Shown piece by piece: positions 1 through 11,435 of a stretch of 64,000 bases of DNA (positions are counted from its first letter, which is position 1; every line of letters starts with the position of its first letter). A program made the translations under genes and the position numbers. Under the pieces are notes generated by a model. That model made no database searches. It was not told the DNA's origin and saw nothing but the letters and a program-made list of their open reading frames with translations. The DNA comes from Cyanobacteriota bacterium (GTDB taxonomy: Bacteria > Cyanobacteriota > Cyanobacteriia > PCC-6307 > Cyanobiaceae), in contig JAQCGH010000003.1 in the NCBI GenBank assembly GCA_027620015.1, forward strand, positions 3,230 through 67,229, given 5' to 3'.

Positions 1-159
1 CGCGAAGGAAAAGGCCGCAAAGACGAAAAGCAGGACGGGGAGCGCGCTGTAGATCGGCATGACCCGCAGGTACGGCCTCCAGGCAAACCCGAAGACGGTC
101 ATCCTGCGACCTCTAAGCAGCAAGTGCCCACAAAACGGACCGACGTATCAATTACTTGT

Positions 160-173
160 AGTACGAGCGTACT
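160..173. promoter_or_regulatory. Cyanobacterial LexA (SOS) box AGTAC-N4-GTACT
   Basis: Sequence AGTAC-GAGC-GTACT is a perfect palindrome matching the cyanobacterial LexA motif. It lies 5 bp beyond the HAD gene stop, upstream of whichever minus-strand gene starts near or left of position 1. Confidence 0.7.
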
Positions 174-178
174 CTAGC

Positions 179-967
179 TCACTGGGGCCATTGCGCCAGG
201 GGGGCAGCAAATTCTTCCGGCGTCAGCCAGGCGATGTCAGCCGGCAAAGCCTCAGCATCCTGGGGACCCAAATACCCCCAACTCACCAAAAAACAACGCA
301 CCGATGCCAAGCGGGAATCGGCTCGCACCGTTGCCAGTGTTGGGCGTCGGTCTTCGACAAACCAGAGCGGTCGACCCTGCTCCAGCAGCTGGCGCAGCAC
401 CTCGGGCTTACTGCCATGCTCGTGGCCATAGAGGGCTGAAGGCTGTAGAGCCGCAGCCGTCAACAGCCTGGCCGCAAAAGCGGCGCCCTTGGTGGTGAGC
501 ACCACCCAGTCGGCCCCCTCCTGCCCCAAGCGCTGTAATCGCTCCTTCACCCCCGGGAAAAGCCTGTGGCGGGAAAGCCAGACAGCAGGTGCTTCAGCGA
601 TGGCGGCATTGCGGACCAGCTCGAGCTGGCGCTGCAGCAGCTCCGGCTCCCACTGCCAACGGGCCAGAGCGACAGGTAAGGCCCCGTCGTAATCGGCCAG
701 CAACAACTCCAGGTTGAGATCCGAGCGGCCCAGCTCCGCCGCCATCAGCACCATCTCCCAACCCTTGTGAATCAGGGGCCGCAAGCTGGTGAAACCTACC
801 GGTGCCTGCTCGGGGAGCACCAGCTCTGGAGCCAGCTGCAGGGCCGCTGCCCGGGCAGCCCACCAGTATTCGGGCATGCCATCAATCAACACCCCGTCGA
901 AATCAAAAACGATCAAAGGGCCGGATCTAGCCCAAAAGCCAGCCGCAGCAGGGGGAGCGAAAGACAT
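179..967 (-). CDS. HAD-family hydrolase (phosphatase-like)
   Basis: HAD motif I ([11 protein letters not shown]), motif II (LTTK), K in HGSKPEVL and motif IV (FVEDR). The start may be slightly downstream. Confidence 0.85.
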   Translation of the reverse strand: MSFAPPAAAGFWARSGPLIVFDFDGVLIDGMPEYWWAARAAALQLAPELVLPEQAPVGFTSLRPLIHKGWEMVLMAAELGRSDLNLELLLADYDGALPVALARWQWEPELLQRQLELVRNAAIAEAPAVWLSRHRLFPGVKERLQRLGQEGADWVVLTTKGAAFAARLLTAAALQPSALYGHEHGSKPEVLRQLLEQGRPLWFVEDRRPTLATVRADSRLASVRCFLVSWGYLGPQDAEALPADIAWLTPEEFAAPLAQWPQ

Positions 968-976
968 GGATCAAAA

Positions 977-1048
977 CTGGGTCGCTAGGATTCGAACCTA
1001 GGAATGGCGGTACCAAAAACCGCTGCCTTACCGCTTGGCGACGACCCA
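977..1048 (-). tRNA. tRNA-Gln (anticodon TTG)
   Basis: Reverse complement folds as a cloverleaf: TGGGTCG acceptor stem, GCGGT-TTTTGGT-ACCGC anticodon arm, GGTTCGAATCC T-loop. Confidence 0.97.
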
Positions 1049-1171
1049 ATGGTGCTCTTAAAGAGCTTTAACCAAACCTAAAGGATTGGCTCAAACGGAA
1101 TTTCCGAATACCAAGATAGTTACCCATAGTGCCCGGTCCTTCGTCAACCGCAGCAGCCACCGGCTCCAAGC

Positions 1172-2848
1172 TCAAGCAGGAAATAGCCGCAACCGCTGCT
1201 CCACGCCACGGCCAAACACGGCGGTCCTGAGCCGGTAATGATCAGCTAATTCCGCCTGCATCAGCCGCACCCTCTCGCTGCGGGGCAGCAGCTCTACGGG
1301 CTGGCCGTGGGGCAACACCACCTGTTCAACCGCCAGCCTGCATTCCTCCAGCCCGGCGAGTGCATCATCGGCCTGGGTATTGCAGGCAGCGAGTGCAACT
1401 GGATCCTTTTGCGCCTGGCTCTCACGATGACGCTGGAGCAGCCGCTCTAAAGCACGCTGCAGCTGGGGTGGGGCCGCCGACTTCAGGACCAAAATCGGCA
1501 GGCCCAGCGTCTGAGCCTGACGGCGCACATGGGGATCACGGCCAAGATGCTGGCGCAGGCTGAGTACCGCATCAGCCAGCTCGACACTGACCACAATCTC
1601 CACGGGTAACTGACGGGCCCGCACCACCTGTTCCAGCGGCCCCAGGGGGAGGCCCGCTCCGTATACCCGCAACATCGGGGTCGCGATAGTAACCGCTGGC
1701 CGCTCTGACGCCCCGTCTGCGTCCTCCAACTCGGGCAGGGATGCGGCCACCAGCCGTGGTCGCCCATGGGGCCGCGGCGCCACGGCCTCCCTGGCAGCCA
1801 GGGCAGGCGCTGACTCCTGTTGCCGCTGCAGCTGCCCATCAGCGCCGAGCTCCCGAATCTCGGGGCGTCCCCCTTGGCCCCGCAACAGCATGTCCACCGT
1901 GCGGGCCACATCCCTGTGCACGTGCCACCGATGGCGGCTGTGCATCTCCACCGCCATGGCGAAAGTGGGCTCGGCAGCCCTCTCCAGCACGGTTTTCTGC
2001 GTGCGGCGGCGGCGGGCCTCCTCATCGCCAAGCGTCACCGCCTGAATGCCACCCACCAGATCGGAGAGGGTGGGGTTTTTGATCAAGTTTTCAATGGCAT
2101 TGCCATGGGCCGTGGCCACGAGCATCACGCCACGCTCGGCAATGGTGCGAGCCGCCTGGGCTTCCAGCTCCGTGCCGATCTCGTCAATAACGATTACCTC
2201 GGGCATATGGTTTTCCACGGCCTCGATCATCACCTGGTGCTGAAGCTCCGGCCTTGCTACCTGCATGCGCCGAGCCCCGCCGATGGCGGGATGGGGAATG
2301 TCACCATCCCCGGCAATTTCATTGCTGGTGTCAATCACCACCACCCGCTTGCCCAGGTCGTCGGCCAGCACCCGTGCGATCTCTCGTAGGGCCGTGGTCT
2401 TGCCCACACCAGGGCGCCCCATCAACAGCAGCGACTCGCCGGCGTCGAGCAGGTCGCGCACCATGGCCACCGTGCCAAAGACTGCTCTGCCGACCCGGCA
2501 GGTGAGTCCCACGATTGTGCCGCTGCGATTACGGATAGCACTGATGCGATGCAAAGTGCGTTCAATGCCGGCACGGTTGTCGCCGCCGAAGCTGCCGATT
2601 CGCTCCACCACTGCAGCCAGCTCGGCGCGCTCCAGGGGCTGATTGCCAAGGGCGCTTACCTGGCCCGGGTAGCGCGCCTCGGGCACCCGGCCCAAATCGA
2701 GCACAACCTCCAGCAACTGATCACGCGACTCGGCGGTCGCCAGGGCCGCCTGCACCACTTCAGGTAGCAGGGCCAGCAGGCGATCGAGGTCGTCGGTGAT
2801 GCGCTGGTGGGCGATCAAAGTAGGGCTGGACACCGAATCGCATGGCAC
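1172..2848 (-). CDS. ycf45: Ycf45 / SpoIIIAA-like AAA ATPase with C-terminal R3H-like domain
   Basis: Walker A GRPGVGKTT, Walker B VIVIDEIG, DTSNEIAGDGDIPH and ENHMPE motifs. GTG start at 2848 or TTG at 2818. Confidence 0.85.
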   Translation of the reverse strand: MPCDSVSSPTLIAHQRITDDLDRLLALLPEVVQAALATAESRDQLLEVVLDLGRVPEARYPGQVSALGNQPLERAELAAVVERIGSFGGDNRAGIERTLHRISAIRNRSGTIVGLTCRVGRAVFGTVAMVRDLLDAGESLLLMGRPGVGKTTALREIARVLADDLGKRVVVIDTSNEIAGDGDIPHPAIGGARRMQVARPELQHQVMIEAVENHMPEVIVIDEIGTELEAQAARTIAERGVMLVATAHGNAIENLIKNPTLSDLVGGIQAVTLGDEEARRRRTQKTVLERAAEPTFAMAVEMHSRHRWHVHRDVARTVDMLLRGQGGRPEIRELGADGQLQRQQESAPALAAREAVAPRPHGRPRLVAASLPELEDADGASERPAVTIATPMLRVYGAGLPLGPLEQVVRARQLPVEIVVSVELADAVLSLRQHLGRDPHVRRQAQTLGLPILVLKSAAPPQLQRALERLLQRHRESQAQKDPVALAACNTQADDALAGLEECRLAVEQVVLPHGQPVELLPRSERVRLMQAELADHYRLRTAVFGRGVEQRLRLFPA

Positions 2849-3867
2849 TACTTACGTTCTAGCCAGGGATTAACAAGCTCCCGAGCCAGCCCTAGGGCCA
2901 GGGGGGAAAGCTCCGCATCGGCCAGCAAAGAGCGCCCCCGCGCCTGGGCCTCCAGCAGCAGGGGCTGCAATAGCCGGCGAGCCACGCCACCAAAAGCGAC
3001 GCCAGCGATTTGATGCTGCAAGGAATAGCTCGTCAACTGCGGCAGCGTGTGGGAGTTGGTGCCCCCTGCCAGCTGCACGGGGCCTGGAGGAGCTTGGGGG
3101 AGCACGGCCACAACCAACTTGACGGCTGCACGGGCCGTACCCGCCCCCACATCGCCACTCATCGGCCGGCCATCAAGCTGCCAAAGGGGACGAAAGCCGC
3201 TTCCTCGAAGCAGGGTGAAGCGCAGCCACAGCTCCGCCGCTAGCGAGGCGGGCGACTGGGCTGTGCCCTCAAGACCCGCACTCACTGCCAGCCGCTGCAG
3301 CTGCACGCCACTTGCCCGCAGCTGGCCAATCCGATCTGCAAAGGCCACGCCGCGACCTGGGTGGGTATGCAGTTCCACCGCATCAGGGCGCAACTGAGCA
3401 AGCAGGGGTGGCACATCGGCTCCTGCAAGTATTTGACTCCGCTCCTTAATTAATCCGTGAGGGCAGGCAGGTAGGCAGCGGCCGCAGCCGTAGCAGCGCT
3501 CCGCCAACACCCCTGGAGCGCCAGTAGCAGCAAGCCCGATGGCCAAGGCCGGACAAACCCGCTCGCAGGGACGGGGGCAGTCCGGCGGACAGCAAGCGGG
3601 GTCGAACCAAGCTTTTCGAAAATGGGGATCCTCTCCATCGCTCAGGCTCAACATCAGCCATGGGCGTCTGGCTCCACGGGCTTCGGCCCAATCAATTCCG
3701 CGACGGATCGCGGCCACCACAGCAACATCGAGCGCGCCATCAATGCAATGCACCCCTGCCAGAGAAAAAATTCCGCAGAGGTCTTCAATCGCTGCTAGAT
3801 CCTGGTTGCTAGCCCCACAGATCAACTTGACCCATCGACCTGAGGCGAGAGCCTCTTCAGGGGTCAA
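2848..3867 (-). CDS. ldpA: Light-dependent period (circadian input) 4Fe-4S protein LdpA
   Basis: [13 protein letters not shown]-terminus, ferredoxin motifs [14 protein letters not shown] and [22 protein letters not shown] start at 3867 preferred over the ORF-track 3957. Confidence 0.88.
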   Translation of the reverse strand: MTPEEALASGRWVKLICGASNQDLAAIEDLCGIFSLAGVHCIDGALDVAVVAAIRRGIDWAEARGARRPWLMLSLSDGEDPHFRKAWFDPACCPPDCPRPCERVCPALAIGLAATGAPGVLAERCYGCGRCLPACPHGLIKERSQILAGADVPPLLAQLRPDAVELHTHPGRGVAFADRIGQLRASGVQLQRLAVSAGLEGTAQSPASLAAELWLRFTLLRGSGFRPLWQLDGRPMSGDVGAGTARAAVKLVVAVLPQAPPGPVQLAGGTNSHTLPQLTSYSLQHQIAGVAFGGVARRLLQPLLLEAQARGRSLLADAELSPLALGLARELVNPWLERK

Positions 3868-4318
3868 GCAGCTGCTCAAGGGGTTGCCAACGCAGTTCTC
3901 GGGAGCCACCCATCTCCACCACAAGCTTGAGGCGAGTCTCACGCCGGCAGAGGGCAATCAAGGAGCCCAATTCAGCCTGTGATAAGACCTGCCCCTCTAA
4001 CAACCACAGCAGGATCGGCTGTGTGCCCTCAAGCAAAGCCCCCAACTGGGGCATCACCCGCTGCACCTCGCCCACGGCTGCGCCCCTGCCAACGCTCTGG
4101 TGACCCAGGTGGGGGGGACGCACCCCGTGTAACTGCAAAAGAAAGGCCTCAGGATCACCAAGCCCCCGAGCCGAAGTGAGCTGGGCGCGATAACCAACAG
4201 CCCGCATTCGGCGCATCAAGCGAGTCTCTGCCCCACCTTCAAGGGGTGCAAATAGGGCGAGGGCACCAGCCCGCTCAAGGTCCTGGCGAAAACCGCGACC
4301 GGAGAGCAGCAGGGGCAT
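3857..4318 (-). CDS. ndhN: NDH-1 complex subunit N
   Basis: [20 protein letters not shown] and [15 protein letters not shown] motifs; divergent from rplC. Confidence 0.93.
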   Translation of the reverse strand: MPLLLSGRGFRQDLERAGALALFAPLEGGAETRLMRRMRAVGYRAQLTSARGLGDPEAFLLQLHGVRPPHLGHQSVGRGAAVGEVQRVMPQLGALLEGTQPILLWLLEGQVLSQAELGSLIALCRRETRLKLVVEMGGSRELRWQPLEQLLDP

Positions 4319-4772
4319 TACGGGTAATTGCTAGCTAAACACTACTTTGACAGCCCAGGACAGGTTGGGTGGTGGGGTATGTTCATCAGATGTGCCATCG
4401 ATGTGTGCCCGACCGCTAGCCGGGCCTCCATATCAAGGCGCACGATCATCAGTGGTGGTGATCGTCCTCGGCCAGCACGGTTCCAGCAGCCTTCATCGGT
4501 TGCAGGTCCCGTCGGGAAACTGCCAGAACGCACTGCTCTCACTTTTGTTGAGTCCAGTCCGGTTCCGATAAGTCCCAGCCGTACTGATCCGAATCAGATC
4601 AGTCTCGCTAGCCCTTGGAAATCGCAACCCGTTGATGGAAGCCCGTGCTTCCGCGGCGAAAAGCGGCCCCTCGGCCGAGCTAGGCAACTTTCTGACCGGT
4701 TCAGTTTCACCTTCGTGCATGAGCTCTTTGCTCACTGCGCTCGGTGGTCCAGCTGGCGTTGTTTCCCCTCCT

Positions 4773-5420
4773 ATGTCTATCGGCATTCTTGGGAAGAAAT
4801 TGGGCATGTCCCAGTTCTTCAACGACGAGGGCAAGTCCATCCCGGTCACCTTGATCGAGGCGGGTCCTTGCCGCATCACCCAACTTAAAAACACCAGTAC
4901 CGACGGCTACAACGCCGTTCAGCTTGGTTTTGGCGACATTCGCGAAAAGCTCGTGAACAAGCCAGCCAAGGGGCACTTAGCCAAATCTGGTGATGAAGTC
5001 CTGCGCCACCTGAAGGAATATCGGGTTGACAGCGTGGATGGCCTTGAGCTGGGTGGCTCCATTTCCGTGACGGCCTTTGAGCCTGGTCAAAAGGTTGATG
5101 TGAGCGGCGACACCATGGGCCGTGGCTTTTCCGGCCTCCAAAAGCGCCACGGCTTCAGCCGGGGCCCCATGACCCACGGTTCCAAGAACCACCGAGAGCC
5201 TGGCTCGATTGGCGCCGGCACCACGCCGGGCCGCGTCTACCCCGGCAAGCGCATGGCTGGTCGCTACGGCGGCAAACAAATCACCACTCGCGGCCTCGTC
5301 ATCCTCAAAGTGGATGCTGAGCGCAACTTGCTGGTGGTTAAGGGTTCGGTGCCCGGGAAGCCTGGCGCCCTGCTCAACATCCGCCCGGCGAACCGGGTGG
5401 GCGCCAAAGCCGGGAACTGA
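4773..5420 (+). CDS. rplC: 50S ribosomal protein L3
   Basis: [16 protein letters not shown]...[26 protein letters not shown]; ATG at 4773. Confidence 0.99.
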   Translation: MSIGILGKKLGMSQFFNDEGKSIPVTLIEAGPCRITQLKNTSTDGYNAVQLGFGDIREKLVNKPAKGHLAKSGDEVLRHLKEYRVDSVDGLELGGSISVTAFEPGQKVDVSGDTMGRGFSGLQKRHGFSRGPMTHGSKNHREPGSIGAGTTPGRVYPGKRMAGRYGGKQITTRGLVILKVDAERNLLVVKGSVPGKPGALLNIRPANRVGAKAGN

Positions 5421-5431
5421 GGAGAAAACCA

Positions 5432-6067
5432 ATGGCAAACTGTGTAATTCGAGACTGGCAAGGTAAGGAAGCAGGCAAGGCTGCTCTTGACCTCAAGGTC
5501 GCTAAGGAATCTTCTGCCACAGACTTGGTGCATCGCGCCGTGGTGCGTCAGCTGGCCAATGCCCGTCAGGGCACGGCCAGCACGCTTACCCGCGCAGAAG
5601 TTGCCGGTGGCGGTCGCAAGCCCTACAAGCAAAAGGGCACAGGCCGGGCCCGCCAAGGCTCGATTCGAACACCGCTCCGCCCCGGCGGCGGCGTGGTATT
5701 TGGTCCCAAACCCCGCAGCTACACACTTGCGATGAACCGCAAGGAACGTCGCCTGGCTCTACGCACCGCGCTGATGAGTCGCATTAACGACATAACCGTG
5801 GTCAAGGGGTTTGGCATTGGGCTCGATACCCCCAAAACCAAGGAAATCACTGCCGGTTTAGGCCGGCTTGGTATCGAGGCCGGCACCAAGGTGCTGGTTG
5901 TGCTCGACGGGGCCTCAGAGGCCGTGCGCCGCTCGGTGCGCAACCTCGAGAAGGTCAAACTGATCGCTGCGGATCAGCTCAACGTGTTTGATTTGCTCCA
6001 CGCCAACAAGTTGGTGGTGAGCGAGGAAGCACTCGCGAAGATTCAGGAGGTCTACGGCGATGACTGA
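5432..6067 (+). CDS. rplD: 50S ribosomal protein L4
   Basis: [33 protein letters not shown] motif. Confidence 0.99.
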   Translation: MANCVIRDWQGKEAGKAALDLKVAKESSATDLVHRAVVRQLANARQGTASTLTRAEVAGGGRKPYKQKGTGRARQGSIRTPLRPGGGVVFGPKPRSYTLAMNRKERRLALRTALMSRINDITVVKGFGIGLDTPKTKEITAGLGRLGIEAGTKVLVVLDGASEAVRRSVRNLEKVKLIAADQLNVFDLLHANKLVVSEEALAKIQEVYGDD

Positions 6068-6362
6068 ACGTTTTTCGAACCGGCTTGCGGATGTGATCCG
6101 TCGGCCGCTGATCACAGAGAAGGCCACCCGGGCCCTCGAGCAGAACCAGTACACCTTTGAGGTGGACCATCGGGCTGCAAAACCCGACATCAAGGCTGCC
6201 GTTGAACAGTTGTTCGACGTCAAAGTCATCGGCATCAGCACCATGAATCCCCCTCGCCGCTCCAGGCGGGTGGGCCGCTTCGCCGGCAAACGCGCCCAAG
6301 TGAAGAAAGCAGTGGTGCGCCTCGCCGAAGGCAATGCCATCCAGCTGTTCCCTGAGTCCTGA
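6060..6362 (+). CDS. rplW: 50S ribosomal protein L23
   Basis: [10 protein letters not shown]...[16 protein letters not shown]...KKAVVRL. Confidence 0.99.
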   Translation: MTERFSNRLADVIRRPLITEKATRALEQNQYTFEVDHRAAKPDIKAAVEQLFDVKVIGISTMNPPRRSRRVGRFAGKRAQVKKAVVRLAEGNAIQLFPES

Positions 6363-6377
6363 GGGGTCTGAAAAGAA

Positions 6378-7241
6378 ATGGCTATCCGCAAATACCGACC
6401 CATCACCCCCGGCACCCGTACCCGTGTCGCCAGTGACTTCTCTGAAGTAACTGGCCGCGAACGGGAGCGAGGTCTGGTGGTCGCCAAACACCGCCGCAAA
6501 GGCCGCAACAACCGCGGCGTGATCACTTGCCGCCACCGCGGCGGTGGTCACAAGCGCCTCTACCGCATCGTCGACTTTCGCCGCGACAAGCTCGGGGTCG
6601 TCGCCAAGGTCGCGGCCATCCACTACGACCCACACCGCAACGCTCGCCTAGCCCTGCTCTTCTACGCCGATGGCGAGAAGCGCTACATCCTTGCTCCAGC
6701 TGGCATTGAGATCGGCCAGCAAGTGATCTCTGGACCCGAGTCGCCGATAGAGACAGGCAATGCCCTGCCTCTATCGGCCATCCCCCTCGGCTCCAGCGTC
6801 CACAACGTGGAGCTCTATGCCGGGCGGGGAGGCCAAATGGTCCGCACAGCTGGTGCCAGTGCCCAGGTGGTTGCTAAAGAAGGCGACTATGTAGCCCTCA
6901 AACTGCCTTCCACTGAGGTGCGCCTTGTGCGCCGCGAGTGCTACGCCACCCTCGGTGAAGTTGGCAACTCCGAAGTGCGTAATACCAGCCTGGGTAAGGC
7001 TGGTCGTAAGCGCTGGCTTGGTCGCCGGCCTGAAGTGCGTGGATCGGTTATGAACCCTTGCGACCACCCTCACGGTGGTGGCGAGGGCCGCGCCCCGATC
7101 GGCCGCGCCGGTCCGGTCACCCCCTGGGGCAAGCCTGCCCTTGGCTACAAAACCCGTAAGCGGAACAAACCCAGCAATCGGTTTGTGCTCCGGAAACGTC
7201 GCCGTATCTCCAAACGGAGCCGTGGCGGACGCGATTCCTGA
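6378..7241 (+). CDS. rplB: 50S ribosomal protein L2
   Basis: [12 protein letters not shown] and [17 protein letters not shown] motifs. Confidence 0.99.
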   Translation: MAIRKYRPITPGTRTRVASDFSEVTGRERERGLVVAKHRRKGRNNRGVITCRHRGGGHKRLYRIVDFRRDKLGVVAKVAAIHYDPHRNARLALLFYADGEKRYILAPAGIEIGQQVISGPESPIETGNALPLSAIPLGSSVHNVELYAGRGGQMVRTAGASAQVVAKEGDYVALKLPSTEVRLVRRECYATLGEVGNSEVRNTSLGKAGRKRWLGRRPEVRGSVMNPCDHPHGGGEGRAPIGRAGPVTPWGKPALGYKTRKRNKPSNRFVLRKRRRISKRSRGGRDS

Positions 7242-7276
7242 TGATCAACACCGCTTTGCTGTTCGCTTAATCCACC

Positions 7277-7552
7277 ATGGGACGTTCGCTCAAAAAAGGA
7301 CCGTTTGTTGCTGACAGCCTGCTTCGCAAGGTTGAAAAGCAAAACGGCGCAGATGACAAGTCCGTGATCAAAACCTGGTCACGTGCTTCCACCATCCTGC
7401 CGATGATGATCGGCCACACCATTGCCGTTCACAACGGCAAATCCCATGTTCCCGTCTACGTGACGGAACAAATGGTGGGCCACAAACTCGGGGAATTTGC
7501 CCCCACCCGCACCTTCCGGGGCCACATCAAGGATAAGAAAGGAGGCCGCTGA
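7277..7552 (+). CDS. rpsS: 30S ribosomal protein S19
   Basis: [11 protein letters not shown]...[10 protein letters not shown]...[13 protein letters not shown]. Confidence 0.99.
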   Translation: MGRSLKKGPFVADSLLRKVEKQNGADDKSVIKTWSRASTILPMMIGHTIAVHNGKSHVPVYVTEQMVGHKLGEFAPTRTFRGHIKDKKGGR

Positions 7553-7556
7553 CGCT

Positions 7557-7910
7557 ATGGCAAACACACCTACCAACCAAGCTCTTGCCCACGGCCGCTT
7601 CATCCGCGGTTCCGTATCCAAGGTGCGCAGAGTTCTCGACCAAATCCGTGGCCGCAGCTATCGCGAGGCCCTGATCATGCTCGAGTTCATGCCTTACCGC
7701 TCCACCGGCCCCATCACCAAGGTGTTGCGCTCGGCGGTGGCCAACGCCGAGAACAACCTCGGCCTGGATCCCTCAACTTTGGTGATCGCTTCAGCGATCG
7801 CCGACATGGGCCCCTGCCTGAAGCGCTTCCGCCCCCGCGCCCAGGGTCGTGCTTACGCGATCAAAAAACAAACCTGCCACATCAGCATTGCTGTGGCTCC
7901 TTCCACCTAA
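7557..7910 (+). CDS. rplV: 50S ribosomal protein L22
   Basis: [14 protein letters not shown]...[11 protein letters not shown]; ATG at 7557. Confidence 0.98.
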   Translation: MANTPTNQALAHGRFIRGSVSKVRRVLDQIRGRSYREALIMLEFMPYRSTGPITKVLRSAVANAENNLGLDPSTLVIASAIADMGPCLKRFRPRAQGRAYAIKKQTCHISIAVAPST

Positions 7911-7929
7911 CCCCCGAGGACACCGAACG

Positions 7930-8658
7930 ATGGGACACAAGATCCATCCAACCGGCCTGCGCCTGGGGATTACCCAGGATCACCGCTCGCGTTGGTACGC
8001 CCCAAGTAAGACCTATCCACTCCTGCTTCAGGAAGACGACCGCATTCGCAAGTTCGTCCACAAGAAGTACGGCGCCGCAGGCATCAGTGATGTGCTGATT
8101 GCTCGCAAGGCCGATCAACTGGAAGTTGAACTCAAGACCGCCCGTCCAGGGGTGCTTGTTGGCCGTCAAGGCAGCGGCATTGAAGAGCTGCGCACCGGCA
8201 TTCAGAAAACCCTCGGTGATGCCAACCGTCAGGTGCGCATCAACGTGGTGGAGGTAGAGAGGGTCGATGCAGACTCGTTCTTGCTGGCCGAATACATCGC
8301 CCAGCAACTGGAGAAGCGCGTTGCCTTCCGCCGCGTCATTCGCATGGCCGTGCAACGGGCCCAGCGGGCTGGCGTGCTCGGCCTGAAAATCATGGTGGCC
8401 GGCCGCCTGAACGGCGCCGAGATCGCCCGGACCGAATGGACCCGGGAAGGTCGAGTGCCCCTACACACCCTGCGTGCCGACATCGACTACGCAACCAAGC
8501 TGGCCAGCACCACCTATGGAGTGCTGGGAATCAAGGTGTGGATTTTCAAAGGCGAGGTGCTGCCTGGCCAGAAAGAGCAGCTACCTGTGGGTGCTGCGCC
8601 CCGCCGCCGGACCAACCGGCAGCCGCAACAGTTTGAAGACCGCTCTAACAAAGAGTGA
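7930..8658 (+). CDS. rpsC: 30S ribosomal protein S3
   Basis: [13 protein letters not shown]...[13 protein letters not shown]; ATG at 7930. Confidence 0.99.
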   Translation: MGHKIHPTGLRLGITQDHRSRWYAPSKTYPLLLQEDDRIRKFVHKKYGAAGISDVLIARKADQLEVELKTARPGVLVGRQGSGIEELRTGIQKTLGDANRQVRINVVEVERVDADSFLLAEYIAQQLEKRVAFRRVIRMAVQRAQRAGVLGLKIMVAGRLNGAEIARTEWTREGRVPLHTLRADIDYATKLASTTYGVLGIKVWIFKGEVLPGQKEQLPVGAAPRRRTNRQPQQFEDRSNKE

Positions 8659-8674
8659 TCCGGAGCCCTGAACC

Positions 8675-9118
8675 ATGCTGAGTCCTAGACGCGTCAAATT
8701 CCGCAAACAACAGCGAGGCCGCATGCGCGGTGTCGCTACCCGGGGCAACACGATTGCTTTCGGTGAGTTTGCTCTACAGGCCCAAGAATGTGGCTGGATC
8801 ACCTCCCGCCAGATTGAAGCAAGCCGCCGAGCCATGACCCGCCACGTCAAACGGGGCGGCAAAATCTGGATCCGGATTTTCCCAGACAAACCAGTCACCA
8901 TGCGCGCCGCCGAAACCCGTATGGGTTCAGGCAAGGGCAACCCGGAGTTCTGGGTGGCCGTAATCAAACCGGGGCGCATTCTGTTTGAAATGGGTGGTGC
9001 CGAAATCACCCCCGAGATCGCTAAGGAAGCCATGCGCCTGGCGCAGTTCAAACTTCCTCTCAAGACCAAATTCCTGCGCCTGGCGGATCAGGAAACTGCA
9101 GCCCCAGTGGAGGCCTGA
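8675..9118 (+). CDS. rplP: 50S ribosomal protein L16
   Basis: [16 protein letters not shown]...[12 protein letters not shown]. Confidence 0.99.
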   Translation: MLSPRRVKFRKQQRGRMRGVATRGNTIAFGEFALQAQECGWITSRQIEASRRAMTRHVKRGGKIWIRIFPDKPVTMRAAETRMGSGKGNPEFWVAVIKPGRILFEMGGAEITPEIAKEAMRLAQFKLPLKTKFLRLADQETAAPVEA

Positions 9119-9121
9119 CCG

Positions 9122-9346
9122 ATGGCAAAACCCAACATCGCCGATGTGCGCAAGCTCACAGGTGACCAAATCAACGAACAGGTCAACGCCACTCGGCGTG
9201 AACTGTTTGAGTTGCGCTTCCAGCAAGCCACCCGCCGGCTGGAAAATACTCACCGTTTTAAGGAGGCTCGCATCAAGCTGGCCCACCTGATGACGGTGCA
9301 GCAGGAGCAGCAACGCTCCGCCGCCACGGCTGCTTCAGCCTCCTGA
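9122..9346 (+). CDS. rpmC: 50S ribosomal protein L29
   Basis: [11 protein letters not shown]...LENTHRF; operon position. Confidence 0.97.
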   Translation: MAKPNIADVRKLTGDQINEQVNATRRELFELRFQQATRRLENTHRFKEARIKLAHLMTVQQEQQRSAATAASAS

Positions 9347-9362
9347 TACCCCCTCGATCCCC

Positions 9363-9614
9363 ATGGCACTCAAGGAAAGGGTCGGCACCGTCGTCAGCGA
9401 CAAGATGGACAAAACGGTGGTGGTGGCGGTGGAAAACCGCTTCCCCCATCCCATCTATCAAAAGACGGTCAGCCGCACCACCCGATACAAAGTCCACGAT
9501 GAAGCGAATAGCTGCAAAGTGGGCGACCGGGTTCGCATCACCGAGACCCGCCCGCTCAGTCGCACCAAGCGCTGGGCCGTGGCCGAAGTTCTCACCAACA
9601 GCACCGCCGGTTGA
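9363..9614 (+). CDS. rpsQ: 30S ribosomal protein S17
   Basis: [14 protein letters not shown]...[18 protein letters not shown]. Confidence 0.99.
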   Translation: MALKERVGTVVSDKMDKTVVVAVENRFPHPIYQKTVSRTTRYKVHDEANSCKVGDRVRITETRPLSRTKRWAVAEVLTNSTAG

Positions 9615-9626
9615 GGAGAACTCCTA

Positions 9627-9992
9627 ATGATCCAACAAGAAACCTATTTAAATGTCGCTGATAACAGCGGCGCCAAGCGCATCCAATGCATCCGGGTGCT
9701 TGGCACCAACCGTCGCTACGCCCACGTGGGCGACGTGATCGTGGCTGCCGTTAAGGACGCCATGCCGAACATGGGTGTCAAGAAATCTGACGTGGTCAAG
9801 GCAGTAGTGGTGCGCACCAAAGCCACCCTGCGCCGCGACACCGGCAACTCAATCCGGTTTGACGACAACGCAGCCGTGATCTTGAGTAACGACAACAACC
9901 CCAAGGGAACCCGAGTTTTCGGCCCGGTTGCCCGTGAACTGCGCGAGCGCAACTTCACCAAGATCGTCTCCCTTGCACCGGAGGTCATCTGA
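9627..9992 (+). CDS. rplN: 50S ribosomal protein L14
   Basis: NVADNSGAK...RFDDNAAV...IVSLAPEVI. Confidence 0.99.
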   Translation: MIQQETYLNVADNSGAKRIQCIRVLGTNRRYAHVGDVIVAAVKDAMPNMGVKKSDVVKAVVVRTKATLRRDTGNSIRFDDNAAVILSNDNNPKGTRVFGPVARELRERNFTKIVSLAPEVI

Positions 9993-9993
9993 A

Positions 9994-10350
9994 ATGGCGA
10001 CCGCAACTCCTAAGGCAAAGCCCGCCGAGCGCATCAAGATGCGACTCAAAAAGGGTGACACTGTCCAGCTGATCTCCGGCAAGGACAAAGGCAAAACCGG
10101 TGAGGTATTACGTACCCTTCCCTATGAAAACCGTGTCGTAGTGCAGGGGATAAACCTCCGCACCCGTCACGTCAAGCCCACTCAAGAAGGCGAGAGCGGC
10201 CGCATCGTCACCGAGGAAGCCTCTGTGCACGCCTCGAATGTGATGCTCTACTCCAGTTCAAAACAGCTGGCAAGCCGCGTCGAAATCGTGGTGGAAAAAG
10301 ACGGCACTAAAAAGCGTCGACTCAAAAAGACAGGAGAAATCCTCGATTGA
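9994..10350 (+). CDS. rplX: 50S ribosomal protein L24
   Basis: KOW motif [18 protein letters not shown]; ATG at 9994. Confidence 0.98.
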   Translation: MATATPKAKPAERIKMRLKKGDTVQLISGKDKGKTGEVLRTLPYENRVVVQGINLRTRHVKPTQEGESGRIVTEEASVHASNVMLYSSSKQLASRVEIVVEKDGTKKRRLKKTGEILD

Positions 10351-10457
10351 GCTCCATAAGCGTGCCTCCCGATCCCTCGCATAGGCCCCGCCAACTTCAA
10401 CTCCAGTCCCTACAAGCCTTCTGACCCAGACCAGAAGCGACCCCCCCTCTCCCCGAC

Positions 10458-10997
10458 ATGTCACTGAAAAAGCGCTACCGGGAGTCGATTCAGCCCAAAC
10501 TCCTTAAGGACCTGAATCTCTCCAATATTCACGAAGTTCCCAAGGTGGTGAAAGTCACCATCAACAGGGGCCTCGGTGAAGCCGCCCAGAATGCCAAAGC
10601 CCTCGAGGCATCAATCACCGAACTGGCCACAATCACTGGTCAAAAGGTGGTGGTGACTCGAGCCAAAAAAGCAATCGCCGGCTTCAAAATTCGCCAGGGG
10701 ATGCCAATTGGTGTCGTCGTCACCCTGCGTGGTGTGCGGATGTATGCCTTCCTGGAGCGCCTTATCAACCTTGCTCTACCTCGCATCCGCGACTTTCGCG
10801 GTGTGAGCCCCAAGAGCTTTGACGGCCGGGGAAATTACACCCTGGGGATCCGCGAACAAATCATTTTCCCTGAGATCTCCTTCGACAAAATCGATGCGAT
10901 CCGGGGGATGGACGTCACGATTGTGACCAACGCCCGTAACGACGAAGAGGGCCGGGCCCTCCTCCGCGAGATGGGAATGCCGTTCCGCAGCAACTGA
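10458..10997 (+). CDS. rplE: 50S ribosomal protein L5
   Basis: [13 protein letters not shown]...LPRIRDFRG...FDGRGNY. Confidence 0.99.
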   Translation: MSLKKRYRESIQPKLLKDLNLSNIHEVPKVVKVTINRGLGEAAQNAKALEASITELATITGQKVVVTRAKKAIAGFKIRQGMPIGVVVTLRGVRMYAFLERLINLALPRIRDFRGVSPKSFDGRGNYTLGIREQIIFPEISFDKIDAIRGMDVTIVTNARNDEEGRALLREMGMPFRSN

Positions 10998-11016
10998 GCC
11001 CTCTTCGGACCCGACC

Positions 11017-11418
11017 ATGGCCAATCACGACCCAATTTCAGACATGCTCACCCGCATTCGCAATGCGAGTGAGAAGCGCCACGAGACCACCAAGATTCCT
11101 GCATCCCGACTGGTGCGTAACGTCGCCAATGTGCTGCAGCAGGAAGGCTTCATTGCCGCAATCACCGAAGAAGGTGAGGGCGTCATGAGGCACTTGGTGC
11201 TTGAACTCAAGTACAGCGGCAAGCATCGCCAGCCCACGATTCGCTCAGTCCAGCGAGTCAGCAAGCCAGGCCTGCGCATTTACAAGAACAATCGCCAGCT
11301 GCCCAAAGTTTTGGGCGGCCTGGGAGTGGCCATCATCTCCACGTCGAAAGGGGTGATGAGCGACCGCGATGCCCGTAAGCAGGGCGTCGGTGGCGAAGTG
11401 CTTTGCTACGTCTACTGA
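11017..11418 (+). CDS. rpsH: 30S ribosomal protein S8
   Basis: [13 protein letters not shown]...SKPGLRIY...ISTSKGVM. Confidence 0.99.
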   Translation: MANHDPISDMLTRIRNASEKRHETTKIPASRLVRNVANVLQQEGFIAAITEEGEGVMRHLVLELKYSGKHRQPTIRSVQRVSKPGLRIYKNNRQLPKVLGGLGVAIISTSKGVMSDRDARKQGVGGEVLCYVY

Positions 11419-11435
11419 ATCTGGGAGATTGATCC

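Noticed and set aside
4347-4383. TTGACA (4347) plus TATGTT (4378) as one sigma70 promoter
   Set aside because: The 25-nt spacing is far from 16-18 nt, so they are not one canonical promoter.
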